DNA of 64,000 nt from positions 329,849,402-329,913,401 of the forward strand of contig NC_085841.1 in assembly GCF_035594765.1 (NCBI RefSeq), given 5' to 3'. This document shows positions 1 to 12,629 of this stretch, one piece after another (the first letter of the stretch is position 1; every line of letters begins with the position of its first letter). The DNA is from Anolis carolinensis (lineage: Eukaryota). Both the position numbers and the translations under genes were made by a program. Under the pieces are notes generated by a model. That model worked only from the letters and a program-made list of their open reading frames with translations, did no database searches and had not been told where the DNA came from.

Positions 1-487
1 TTCCACAGCTAGCATTAGGGTTTTAAAAAACCTGGCTGTTCCAAGCTGTGTTTAGGCTTAGCTGTCAAAATGTCAAAACTTTTGCCTTTTTCAGGAAGAG
101 GCTTTACTGTAAAGAGCCAAAGGAGCACCTGCCACCATTCAAACAATGGGGCCATTGTCTACTTCAAGTCCGCATCCCATAAGGAAAGCCTCAGCCAAAG
201 AGACTCCAGCAAGCGTCCTTCAGCCAAGGATTATGCAAGAGCTAGAATGAATGGACAGGCATTACACCCTAATCTGTCCTTTCTTTTCCATTTCTCCACC
301 TATTCTTCAGAATAAAAAAGAACACAGGAAACTGACTTCTGAGTCATGCCACTGCATGCCCTCCAACATGTCAAATGAAAACGGGGGGGGGGGGAGCAAC
401 ATCAGAGTGTGGTTGAGGTGGCAAAAGTTATTACTGAGAAAGAAGCAAAAAAACTAGCAGAGGCTGTGGCAGTTTGCTTTTGCCTGA

Positions 488-1055
488 GGTCCCATCTACA
501 CTGCCATATAATCTATTTTCTGAATCCAGATTATTTTATTTGAACTGGATTATATGGCAGTGTAGATTCATATATAGTGTTCCCTCACTACTTTGTGGTT
601 CACTTTTCGCGGATTCGCTGTTTTGCGGTTTTTCAATAAACTCTAAAAAACTATTATAAATCATAAAAAATTACAATTTACTGTCTAAGGAAGGGAGGAA
701 GGAGAAGCTGAAAGGGGGAGAAATGGAGCCCAAGCAGCAACGGGAGGAGAATGAGGCGATTTATCAACATACGATTGGTTGATAAAGACTAAAGTAGTGT
801 ATAACTACTAAAATAATGTAGAAATATTAAAATAAATATAGTGTCCCTACTTCGCAGATTTTCACTTATTGTGGGTGGTCCTGGAACCTAGACTCTGCAT
901 TAAGTGAGGGAACACTGTAACCTGAAGCAGATAGTCTGGATTCAGAAACTTGATTATATGGCAGTGTAGATCTACTCTGAGGCACCATCTACACTGCTAC
1001 ATAAAATACAGATTATCCGCTTTGAACTGGATTATATGGAAATGTAGATCCAGCC
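488..1055. mobile_element. Tandem PIF/Harbinger-like MITEs (488-977, 981-1055)
   Basis: GG.CCCATCTACACTG-type termini, TGA at 485-487 and 978-980. Confidence 0.6.
575..917. mobile_element. Tc1/mariner-pogo MITE nested in a Harbinger-like MITE
   Basis: TIR AGTGTTCCCTCACT / AGTGAGGGAACACTG with TA on both sides. Confidence 0.8.
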
Positions 1056-1262
1056 AAAAGGGAATGCAGTTTTCAGAAATTGAAATAAGTTGTGAAGAAA
1101 GGAGGGAAGTGGAAGGAGAAGAAAAATTTGTTTTAAAAGCAGCTGAAATAGTGCGACAACAGAGGATTAATCAGAACCATCACTGCCAAATCAAAACAGT
1201 TGGAGGGTATGGATTTAAGAGGAAATTTAAGAAGAAACCATTCATCTGTTCTGTCTGTCAGT

Positions 1263-1620
1263 CCTAGTTCCTTGCCAATCTAGCAGTTCGAAAACATGCA
1301 AATGTGAGTAGATAAATAGGTACCACTTCAGCAGGAAAAGGCCAAGCAACGCTCCAAGCAATCTTGCCAGCCACATGACCAGGAGATGACAACGCAGGCT
1401 TCTCAGCTTGAAAATGGAGAAAAAACATCTCTCCGGAACCAGAGATGAGCACCGCCTCCAGAAGCTGGAAATGAAAGGAGAAGCCTTTGCTTTGTTTGTG
1501 TTTGCATGTCTCATTGTATTTGACTGTAAAGGCATTGAATGTTTGCCTATGTAAATGCTGTAATCTGCTCTGAGTACCCTAGCGGAGAAGTGAGGAATAA
1601 TATAAATACAGTGTATTATT
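1263..1620 (+). mobile_element. 5'-truncated SINE: Sauria-SINE-like body with L2-type tail
   Basis: Shares CTAGCAGTTCGAAAACATGCAAATGTGAGTAGAT with the Sauria SINE copies; ends in an L2-like CTGAGT...GAGAAG...ATAAATA tail. Confidence 0.7.
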
Positions 1621-2799
1621 ATTAGTAGTAGTAGTAGTAGTAGTACCATTTTACTGATTCAGTATAGCTTTAAGCAAAATTTTAGAAGAGAAAAAAACTA
1701 AAAGGAAAGAAAAAAACTTTGTTGTTCTGATTTATCTTGGAATTAAAAAGAAACCCACCAGAGGGTGAGAGTATGATTCTGCAGCTGGTGCCAGGAATTA
1801 CCAGAAAACAGTCTGGGATAACAGTAATGTCATTTGGATATTTTTATTAATGCTGACAACTAGAGCAGCCAAGTACCACAACTTCCCAATTCACTTGTCC
1901 TGTCTAGAGGAGATGACTGTCTGAAAGGCAACTGTTGTACTTTTCCCGATAAAAAAAGGGCAACTGTTTTATTTTTAGTGTTGAAGTAGAGCCAATTGGG
2001 ATTCTGTGGTCAAATATTCCCTTCTTGAGTCATAGAAAAAAGGCTAGTTTGCTTTCCTGGTGATGTGAGTGTACAGAGTAAGAAATATCTTAAATATCAT
2101 GTTCTTTAAAAAAAAAAAAAGTTAGGTGCTTGGTTTTGTATAGAGTTATAAACACAGGTCTCATACAAATACAGCCAGCGTTTCTCTCCAAATTTACAAC
2201 TCTTTCCACCAAAACATTAGAGATGAAAAGGAGGAATGTTTCAGAAGGAGAGCCACACTGAAAGGGAAGGGGGAGTGTAGATACGCAACAGTGAAACGAG
2301 GAAGGAAAACCGCTAGACGGCTACAGGACGACAATCACGTTCACATAGTTCCTGGGATGCCCTTCATAAGAAAGACAGTCTGGCAGGAAAGAAGATGACG
2401 GGCTCAGTGACTCAGCCGTGCAGCAGAAGGACAACAAAGACCATCAGCATGAGGTCCAATGGCCCTTTCCTTCATGGTGATCTGTGATCTCCCTCCCTCC
2501 CTCTCTCTTTCTCTCTGATGCCTGCCTGCCAATACAGTCATATACAAAGAAACTGTACTGTAATTTAAATCACATTCCGGTGGTTCCTGCAAATCTAAAA
2601 AAGAGACCTATCACTTTCGTCAGGCCTACCCAGTCAAATTTAAACTATGAATTTAATATCTACATTAGTATTGGTGTTTTAATATTTTATGTTTTTAATA
2701 TATTTACTTTAAATATGTGTATTTGTGCTCCATTTATCTATGTATTTTAACTATGTTGTATCCCACCATGAGCCATTAGAAGAGGCTGGTAACAAATAA

Positions 2800-2846
<47 letters not shown>

Positions 2847-2860
2847 CAGCAGCAGCAGCA
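2800..2860. repeat. (TAT)n(CAG)n microsatellite at an L2-type tail; similar (TAT)n at 3778-3813 and 30294-30338
   Basis: Direct inspection. Confidence 0.9.
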
Positions 2861-3210
2861 ATGAAACATTGCTTATAAAATAGGGGCAGAAATTGTACAA
2901 CTTTCCAGATGTTCCATAGACCACATCACCAGGAATTCTTCCCCACTATTTATGCCAGCAATTGGGGCTTATGGCACTTGCAGTTCAACAACATCTTAGA
3001 GGACTACCCCTGTATTAAAATTCAGCATGAAGTAGCAAAACATCTCAGGTCAGATATAATAGTAAGAAGACAATGAGATTCCTCAGATTCCTCAGCTAGA
3101 ACTCCCCTTCTTATCTTGTACACCAAAGTCCCTTAAGGAGACATCCAAAGTAGGAGAAATATCAGTCTCAGGGAGCTCATGCAAATGCAATCTGTACCCC
3201 CAAAGCTTTA

Positions 3211-3690
3211 GGCCAAGTTTTAGCACAACAGATTAACCACTAGCTGCAATAAATCTTACCAATTGAAAGGCTGGCAGTTCGAAGCCTGGGTTGGGGTGAG
3301 TGCCCGACCTTCAGCCCAGCTCACTGCCCACCTAGCAGATTGAAAACAGGTGTAAGTAGATAAGTAGGTACCACTTAAGTGGGGAGGTATTTTAATGGCA
3401 CCATAAAGGCAATACCAGAAAAATGCCGGTGATAAAAATGGAGGAAATCTGTGAACAGGGCTTTTTGACATGTAGGACGGAGCGACAGCACCCCCCCCCC
3501 CCCCGGGGCCGGAATCAAGCACAACCTCCAGGATGCCGAAGACGTGAAATGGATATATACCTCTATCTATTGTCTGTCCTTTCTGTGTATAACGGCATTG
3601 AATGTTTGCTGTATATGTGTTCTGTGATCCACCCTGAGTCCCCTTCGGGGTGAGAAGGGCAGAAAATAAATGCTGTAAGTAAATAAATAA
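3211..3690 (+). mobile_element. Anolis SINE2-type (L2-tailed tRNA SINE)
   Basis: tRNA-like head, GCATTGAATGTTTGC, CTGAGTCCCCTTCGGGGTGAGAAGGG tail, (TAAA)n. Confidence 0.75.
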
Positions 3691-3777
3691 AGCTGCAATA
3701 AAGCAAAACGTATGTTCTATCCTTCTCACATATCAATTGCATTTCTAGGAATCTGAACTCAAATTGTTAGAGATGTC

Positions 3778-3813
<36 letters not shown>

Positions 3814-4139
3814 CATCCCACTTTTCTCTCTCTAAGAAAGAGACTCAAAACGGCTCACCATAAAAACATTGCAATGCAATTAAAACCTAAAAATATACAA
3901 ACATTACAATGGAATTAAACATGGACAGTATTAAAGATAAATAGTGAAAACCTTTGATAAAATGAACAGAATTAAAATGAAACAAAACCCTTAAAAGCAA
4001 TTAAAAGCCCATTCATAGCTCAATTACTTTAATTAAACATAGTGGTTGTATCTATGACTTTTAGTCTTCTGTTTTTAAAGAAATGTCTTCCTCTACAGTC
4101 AAGCAGTAATTCTAAATGTAGCTATAGTGTTGTGATATT

Positions 4140-4330
4140 TTTTTTTCCTAGGGAAAATGGAAATCCTCTTCATAAGGATCTAATTGGGTTCTTCTGTCTG
4201 GCAGCCAGAATGGCTATTGTTCGACTTTGGAAGGAGCACAAGGCACTTACTTATCTGACCAACTAATCAATATATGAAAAATTGCTCTTATGGAGAAGTT
4301 GACAACCCAACTTAAGGATGCAAGAAACAA
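4140..4330 (+). mobile_element. Decayed L1-clade ORF2 C-terminal fragment
   Basis: Translates to LAARMAIVRLWK and IALMEKLT, typical of non-mammalian L1 ends. Confidence 0.5.
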
Positions 4331-4483
4331 TTGGACTCATAAACTTGTTTTATGAGATAAGACATCTGTTTCTTATGTCAATTGAAATCATAATAATTAT
4401 TAATGCATCAGTGCACAGTGTTTTTGCAGTAATCTTTTACAGTGATTTCCTTTTTAAAGTATAAATTGTAACATCTGTGTGTA

Positions 4484-4705
4484 AAGTCAGTCCTCCTTAT
4501 CCAAAGATTCTGTATCCATAGATTCCACAGCTCGAAAATGTGTAGATTTCTTTAAAAATCCAAACAGCAGACCTTGGTTTTGCCATTTTGTATAAATTTA
4601 TTGCCTCAATTTAATTATGGCATTATATATAATGGGGCTTCAACATTCGAGGATTCTGATATCCATGGGGGTCCTAGAGCCAAACCCCAAACAAAAAGCC
4701 CACTG
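4484..4705. mobile_element. Decayed Tigger-like MITE
   Basis: CCTCCTTATCC...GGATTCTGATATCCATGGGGGTCCT termini resembling Tigger elements. Confidence 0.5.
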
Positions 4706-5498
4706 TGTAGTGATGTTAATATGTTGTCACTCCTTTTATGACTTTGATTATATTTTATTGCAGATCTTTATTATCTTCAATTCTATGATTTTAGATAGTT
4801 GCCCTTTCAGAGGTGTATGATGCTATGATATTTAGACTTTTGACTTAAAATTTTAAAAAACTTTTTTTCTTCCCACCCAGCATTCCCATTCCCCAAATAT
4901 ATGACATATTACTGTATATTTTATTACCTCAAAATGAATAAATGTTAATATTCCTTTTATTTTACAATTTTAAAATATAAATGTTTTTAAAAAACAAAAC
5001 AAATATATATATATATGTACCACAAATGTAAAATGGAGAAATTCATCTCTAAAAGGAGGGAAGGCAGGAAGGTAAGTGAGCCAAATGCTCCCCCTGGCAG
5101 ATCTGATTACATCTTGCAGTTTCAACGTCAGCTGGAGAAAATGTGTTATATGGATGCTACGGAGTCCATTCTCCCCTGCCTCATTTGGCCTTTGTAGAGG
5201 GGCCCAAAGTGGTGTCAAACTGCATTAATTGTATAGTGTAAATACACTCATAATTAACTGATAGATGCCTGTATTAAGCAGCTGGAGGGGAACAAGCTTA
5301 CTGAGCAGAGGAGGACAGACAGATCCTTTCAGTGGTTTTGACTTGTAAGACTCTGTTGATTTGAAAAAGGTACAGAGAATTTGTACACAAGATTTCACAA
5401 ACCTTCATAGACCATCAATTGTGTTTCATCCACCAGCTAGAGATGAAGTGGTGGTGAAAAGATTAAAAAGCAAGCAAATAAACACTGAATGAAACACA

Positions 5499-6072
5499 TG
5501 TCAGAAATATTAAAAATTAAATAAGTATTTTTAATTACAAAAAGTGAGTGAAGCACTGAAAGGGTTAAATTGATATAATGACTCAGCAAAAGCTGCAGTT
5601 CAATATAAGCAGGTGTGCCTGTAGCTGAGAAGCCTAAATGTTAGTAGGCCTCAGTGTGAGAGAGGCCCCAGTGTGGGATGGCCCATTGTGAGAAGCTTCG
5701 GTGTGAGAAGCCCCAGGCTGAAGGCCTCATGTGTAAAGCTACTGTGTGAAGCTCCTGTGTAAGTTCAGTGTGAGAGGAGACTCTGTGAAAGTGAAGCTGT
5801 TTATCTGCATGAGAAAAAAACCCAGTGTGGAAGCAAAGAAGGAAGTATAAAGAACTTCATTTGTGTTATGGAAACCTTGTTTTTGTAAATAGTGCAACCA
5901 TATTATTTTGCTACAAAGAAAAGCCTCCAAAGGAAGAGATAACATTGATCTGTGTGTTTTTGTTCTTTTTATCACTTTTAGCTACTGGTGCTGGGTCATG
6001 CTGCTGCTAATAAGTTACTCTGCTATATGTTTAAGGGAAGGATCTTTTGTTAATAAGCCCACTTGCCCAACA
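5499..6072 (+). mobile_element. Probable solo LTR (Copia-like)
   Basis: TG start, CCCAACA end, TATA-like ATATAA near 5604, internal short tandem repeats; TSD imperfect (acaca/gtaca). Confidence 0.5.
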
Positions 6073-8842
6073 GTACACACCAGCAGAGAAGAAAAGGAGC
6101 AATGTTCAAACTTTAAAGCAGCAGTGGACATTTATAATCTTTTGAATATCATATCATGATATGTCCATGATATTCAGAGCCTTACAAAAAGCCAGAGGAA
6201 ACAATGAAGAAACATGGGAAAGTTACAAGTGGAAGACAGTGTTGCTTTCCTACTAATCCCATGTATAATTCCTTGGTTAACCCTGTGTGATGTCAAAATA
6301 AAAGTATAATTGTGAAGCTATCTTGTTTCATTGCTTAAACTGCTCCCCTGGCAAGGCCAATAGTCTGGTGTTTCTGTGACTCTCTTCATTAGTCTCTCAG
6401 CTTGTCCTATTGAAGAAAAAGGCAAATAAAGTAAGCAGAAAGGACTGGGATCCTCCACAATAAGGGTTGACAGGTCAAGAACTACCCAAACCCTGAGATT
6501 CCAGGATCGAAGCATAGGACATGGTCCATTGTAATGTAACAGAAGTCAGGACTTGTAATTATGGAAAATGAATATTTCTGGGAAAACTGCACAGATTTTG
6601 TGGAAAGGTTGCACAGTTTCCTCTCACTGCAGAAAAAAATCCTAAGTGTCTCCAGTCTATAGAGAGACAAAAACCTGTTTCATTATTTTCGGCTTCTGTC
6701 AGGACTTGAAGAAATCAAGATTTACTATCCCTATATTACTAATGGTCTCCAGTGTCATTCCACCAAATAAATTAAGCATTATCCACAGTACACAGAACAT
6801 ACCATTCAAATTAAAAACACCAAGTCTAACAATGAGGAAAATATACAGACACTTTTCAAAGCAGTGATCTCACTCTGTGATTCCTTCTTCTCTCCCTGAA
6901 AATAGCAGAAGAGGATCCAGAAGAGGATTCCTCTTTTAAAAAAAAAAAAAAAAAAAAGGAAGTGGGATATAAATGAATACCATCCTCATCATCATCATCT
7001 AGGCCCTGAAATCTGGCAACTCGACTGACCATTCAGCTACATTTTTCTTTTTGCTCATCTCCCACAATTAATAAAGAACAATATATCAGGAATATCCCTG
7101 TGTTATAATCCAAAAGAGCAACTAGGGTCAAAATAGTTTGTAGGGGCTATTATTTACTGACTTAATTATATCCCACCTTTCTCTTGATGTAGAGACACAA
7201 GGGCCTACCACCCAAAGGTATCAGATTGGTTGGGATCAGGCAGCAGACCACAGAAAAAGGCAAACAGATGGGCAAAACAAGCAAAGCCTGCCAAGCAGAG
7301 ATCATTGGCAGTATCGCTCTCCATGGTTTTGTTCGTAGCGCCAGCACAGGAGGCTACGGAGCCTGGGAAAAGAGTGGGTACTACTTGTTTACTGACCTTT
7401 GGAGAGCTTCTCAAAACACGCCGATAAGAGGAAGGCTCCAGGGACATATGCTGTCTCCAGCTATGGGAAGTCAGCTAAAAAGAGCTACCTATTTCTGTAT
7501 CCCTCTCCATTAAGGGAGATGCAATTCTGTCCTTTCTGCAAGGGGGGAACAATTCTGAGGACTCTAATCCTTTCTTGCAGTTGTTAAAAAGTCAGTTTAA
7601 AAAAAAAGTCAGTGTACAGAATCCCTCAGGCTGGAGAAATCCAAAACTAAAATCCATCCCCAATATCTTTTTCCCTGTTCTGTTAATTTCTCTGCAACCT
7701 TTTATCCTTTTAATAATAATAATAATAATTTTATTTCTTACCCGACTCTCGTCATGGCTCGAGGTGGGTTACAACATTGCTAAAACACATAATCAGAACA
7801 CATAACCATTTAAACACATATTTAAAACATAAAGATCTATCATTTGCCAAACAGAAATATTCCCCTTGCTTTTACTTGCATAAAACTGAAAATATATTTT
7901 GGGTGTTAGGATTAAACCATGGTGTGGTGGAGACAGAGCTTACAGAGTTATAATCGTGGGACTTCCTGACTAGCATAGACAGGGTTCTCTATGTGGAAAA
8001 TGTTTCATTTGATTTCTGATCATAACTGCAATCTTTGGGAGGGGAGCACATTTACCCAGAAACATTATATTATTCTAAAATATTTTTGGGTAGATTTATG
8101 TTAAGGGGCAATTTATATACATTATGCTTATAAAAGATCCTCTCCTGATGAAGCTAAAAACATCCAGATTTGATTTGTTGATATAAACAAAGCTGTCCGC
8201 TTTTTGGAATCTCTTTGGAGAGCCAGCTACAACAAGGACTGTCCCAGTGTGTGCCTCTACATCAAACATTTACCACTACAGCACAGGGACTAAGCTGGGT
8301 TTTCTGCCAGAGGACATTTGAGCTAGTCTCAAAAGGGAGATGCTGTTTAAGCACAGAAGACAGCTAGATCGGAGTCTCCACAGCAAGAACAGTATGCTTT
8401 CTGCTGTCAAAGCAGCAACTTCCACCTTCCAGCAATTGCAGAGAAAGGACTTGCTTTTGGCTTTACCGACCCAGCCCTTTAGGCTGCCAGGAATGGCTGC
8501 TTTCCCATCCCATTTATTTTGGCTCGGCATCCTTCAAATATTCCAGTCTCCAAAATAAATCCAGTATTTCCCCAAAGAGACTCTTGTACTGATGCTTAAC
8601 ATAGATCCTGCATCACACCCTGCAGTCTCTATGTTCTCACAATATGGACCTCTTTTGATACAGGTCCCAAATCCTTCCCAGAGCTGCTTCTTTTCTTTCT
8701 TTTTACTATCCAGTGCACTTTCTATAGGTCCATTCTGTCAGGTTTAAAATGCCCCATAACATTACTACACACATACAGATGGACAAACATTGATCATAGA
8801 GTTGGAAGCAACCACATGGGCTATATCTTTTTTTAGAGCATG

Positions 8843-10404
8843 ATTTTATTTTATTTATTTATTTATTTACATAACTTCTATCCCGCCTTTCTCACCCAAG
8901 GGGACTCAAGGCAGCTTACAAATCTGGCAATATTCAATGCCGATAAACAACACTACAGTAAAATAAAACATAACACAATTAAAACAATTAGAAATAACCA
9001 TAAGACAATATTTAAAAACATATAAAGTCCTTAAAACTATTCATCCAAAAAACCTTGCACATAAATCTTGATCCTTGAAACGCTTGCGGGCATAGCCAGG
9101 TCTTCAATTTCTTTCTAAACCCCAAAAGGGATGGAGCCTACCAGATGTCACTAGGGAGGGAATTCCACAGCCGAGGAGCCACCACTGGGAAGGCCCTGTC
9201 TCTCGTCCTCACCAGCCGCGTTTGCAAGGCAGGTGGGACCGAGAGCAGGGCCTCCCCAGACAATTTTAAAGTTCTCATAGGAGGAGATACGTTTGCACAG
9301 GTAAGTTGGACCAGAACCATTTAGGGCTTTGTAGGCCAAGACCAGCACTTTGAATTGGGCTCGGTAGCATATTGGCAGCGAGTGGAGCTGCGCAACAGAG
9401 GAGTGGTATGCTCCCTGTACGCCGCTCCTGTTATAAGCCTGGCTGCCGCCGTTGTACTAATTGAAGCTTCCAGGCCATCTTCAAAGGCAGCCTCACACAG
9501 TGTGTTGCAGTAATCCAAGCGGGATGTAACAATAGCGTGGACCACCATGGCCAAGTCAGACTTCCCAAGGTATGGGTGCAGCTGGCACACGAGTCTTAGT
9601 TGTGAAAATGCTGCCCTGGTCACTGTTGAGACCTGAGATTCTAGGCTCAGTGATGAATCCAGGAGAACACCCAAGCTGTGAACTTGTGTCTTCAGGGGGA
9701 GTGTGACCTCATCCAACACAGGCTGTAACACTATGCCCTGTTTGGCCTTACAACTGACCAGGAGGACCTCTGTCTTGTCTGGATTCAATTTCAATTTGTT
9801 CGCCCTCATCCAGTCTGACACTGTGGTCAAGCACAGTTCAGGACCTGAACAGCCTCCTTAGTAACAGGTGGGAAGGAGTGACAGAGTTGGACATCATCTG
9901 CGTACATATGACACCGTACCCCAAAACTCCGGATGATCTCTCCCAGTGGCTTCATGTATATGTTAAACAACATGGGGGACAGTATTGAACCCTGCAGGAC
10001 CCCACAAGACAATGGTTGCGGGGCTGAGCAGGTGTCCCCCAGTGACACCTTCTGGGAACGACCCTCTAGAAAGGATTAGAGCTACTGTAAAACAGTACCT
10101 CCGAGCCCCATTCCAGCGAGGCACCCCAGAAGGATACTGTGGTCTACGGTAGTGAAGGCCGCTGAGAGGTCCAACAGAACTAACAGGGCCACACTCCCCC
10201 TGTCCAGTTCCCGGCGTAGATCATCTACTAAGGCAACCAAGGCTGTCTTGGTACCATGCCCCAGCCTAAAGCCAGACTATGCCAGATCTAGAAAATCAGT
10301 GTCTACCAAGAATGCCCGGAGTTGCATGCATAGCCAGGTCTTCAATTTCCTTCTAAACCACAGAAGGGATGGAGCCTGCCTTATGTCAGTAGGGAGGGAT
10401 TTCC
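8843..10404 (-). mobile_element. 5'-truncated, frameshifted L2 LINE
   Basis: RT motifs GVLQGSILSPMLFNIY, YADD, LKLNPDKTEVL, SRLDYCN, APRLWNSLP; 3' stem-loop and (TAAA)n tail. Confidence 0.92.
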
Positions 10405-10429
10405 CTAATTCAATAATTTTTTAACCAGT

Positions 10430-10570
10430 TAAGATGGATGGATGTTATCCTTTAAGTGACTGGCTTGACCTTGAAGGAGCTGAGGGTGGCCACTGCCGAG
10501 AGGGAGCTCTGATGCAGGCTGGTCCATGAGGTCACAAAGCCTTGGAAGCAACTGAACGAATAAACAACAA
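10430..10570 (+). mobile_element. RTE/Bov-B-like 3' end
   Basis: AGATGGATGGATG...GTCCATGAGGTCAC...ACTGAACGAATAAACAACAA. Confidence 0.65.
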
Positions 10571-10623
10571 ATGTCAAACATGTCATTTAATAATGTGTGC
10601 TGTTTGTTTGTTTGCTTACTTCA

Positions 10624-10955
10624 GGTAAAGGTAAAGGTTTTCCTCTGACATTAAATCTAGTCATGTCTGACTTTGGGGGTTGGCGCTCATCTCAATTTCT
10701 AAGCTGAAGAGCCGGCGTTGTCCATAGACACCTCCCAGGTCATGTGGCTGGCATGACTGCATGGAGTGCCATTACCTTCTCGCTGGAGCAGTACCTATTG
10801 ATCTACTCACATTTACATGTTTTCGAACTGCTAGGCTGGCAAAAGCAGGGGCTAACAGTGGGAGCTCACCCTATTCCCCCGATTCAAACCACCAAACTTT
10901 TGGTCAGCAACTTCAGCAGCTCAGCAGTTTAACCTGCTGCGCCACCAGTGGCTCC
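10624..10955 (-). mobile_element. Sauria SINE, full length
   Basis: tRNA head, (ACCTTT)n tail, imperfect TSD tttg.ttgct.tacttc. Confidence 0.9.
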
Positions 10956-11094
10956 TTTTGCTTGCTTTACTTCTATTAGTTCCTTCATAATCTGTGACTC
11001 TGATCTATAGCTCATTTAGCCTGGCAGTGGGCCAACATGCCCAACAACAACACAAGTACAACCATGCTCCCAAACAAGTGGCAGACTTGTTGCA

Positions 11095-11242
11095 AAACAT
11101 GACGGTTTTGTGCTTCATTTGTAAAATCATAACATAATTTGATGTTTAATAGGCTTTTCTTTAATCCCTCCTTATTATCCAACATTTTCGCTTATCCAAC
11201 ATTCTGCCGACCCGTTTATGTTGGATAAGCGAGACTCTACTG
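11095..11242. mobile_element. Partial Tc1/mariner MITE (CAGTAGAGTCTC family)
   Basis: One TIR TTGGATAAGCGAGACTCTACTG; homologous to 14037-14344. Confidence 0.8.
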
Positions 11243-11744
11243 TGTTTTGAATTGACAAACTATTGCAAAATGTGCTGCATGATGTCCCGCAAATGCAAAG
11301 TTTTTGCAGTTTAATAAACCTTTTCCGTATTTTTATGATAGAACCAGTTAGGAAAAGACATTCATATCCCAAGAACAAAAATCATATTAATGTATTAATT
11401 CAATGGGTTACATTTAATGTCACTTTGGACTGCTTCTTCCCATTTCCACAGCCACAAATTCTTATAAAAACAGAAATAAAATGTTTGATTTGCTCTTTCT
11501 TATTCATTATTGTGCTAAATGAGATCACCCAAGCCACAACAAGAGAATCTTGTGACACCTTAAATTGAATGGGAATCTTGGCAATTACATGGGTGAAACC
11601 ATGCTCTTCCAATATATTTGGCCAATTTGGATGGACTCTATGGCCAATTTAGTTAAATATGTTATTTCTATATAATGTACAGCCAGCTGAGAATAACAGA
11701 AAAAAAGGTTCTGCTAAATCCAGCACTCTGCTTCCCATGAGGAG

Positions 11745-11965
11745 AACGCCAAGGTGGTTTAGGTTTTGGACTAGGGCTTTGGCGGGCAGGGCTCAAGTCT
11801 GAACTCAGCCAAGGAAACCCACTGGGTGACCTTGGACAAGTCATGCACTTTCACCTAAGAGAAAGGCAATGACAAACCACCTCTGGATACATTTTTGCCA
11901 AGAAAACACAATGATAGTATCCCCACAAGTTGGGGTCACCATGAAAATAGATAACAACAACAAAA
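11745..11965 (+). mobile_element. Old squamate CORE-type SINE (related copies 19940-20265 -, 42560-42765 -, 50467-50672 +)
   Basis: GGGTGACCTTGGACAAGTCA core and (CAA)n tail. Confidence 0.6.
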
Positions 11966-12039
11966 CATTTTGTTCCTTTGCGGCCAAGCAAATGTCTGTG
12001 GCAAGCCCACAAGCGAGACAGGAGTGCAATAGTTTCCTC

Positions 12040-12280
12040 CCACTTGTATTCCCTAGTAACTGGTACTGGGAGGCATACTGTATCTCACATCAAGTTGATA
12101 TACAGCCACTGCAGCTAGCAATCCTTGATAACTTTATCCTCCATGAATGTTCATAATCCTTAAAAGCCATGCAACTTAGCAGCCACAGCTACATCTTGCG
12201 GTAGCAAATTCCCTATTTTAATGCTGTATTTTGTGAAGAAGGACTTCCCGTTATCGGTTCTAAATCTCCCACCACTAAGA
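12040..12280 (-). mobile_element. CR1 LINE 3' fragment
   Basis: GRFRTDNGKSFFT...NLLPQDVAVA resembles the CR1 ORF2 C-terminus. Confidence 0.7.
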
Positions 12281-12629
12281 CTAAGTTTGGATCCAAGCCT
12301 AAGTACATATAGTTGCATTTGTTTCACATTAATCTCTTGCTTTTTGATATAGCCCATTCCTGCCTCTTTTTTCTCATTTCCTCCTTTTTTTTTTCCTCCA
12401 CCGTTTAGGCTGTAATTGTTTTGAGATAGGCATCTCTCCTAGTATTTCATTGGGAAGTGCAATGTTACATATTGGCACTGTATACATTAAGAACAATGAT
12501 AACACAAAACACAATAAACCATCCTCAACATTTGGATGCTACAGTTTAAAATTGAAACATCTTTAAAAGAACAGTAGCCAATTACAATGCACACAGAGGA
12601 AGTGTGGAGACAAGAAGAAACCAACTCCT

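Noticed and set aside
5625-5830. CRISPR-like array
   Set aside because: Vertebrate DNA, degenerate repeats without unique spacers, no cas genes
7162-7587. Cluster of overlapping ORFs in non-repeat sequence
   Set aside because: No recognisable domain or convincing splice pair; cannot be supported without a search
10744-10979. Recurring short ORFs containing YLLIYSHLHVFELL (also near 1.3, 32.1 and 34.9 kb)
   Set aside because: Antisense translations of Sauria SINE copies, not a gene family
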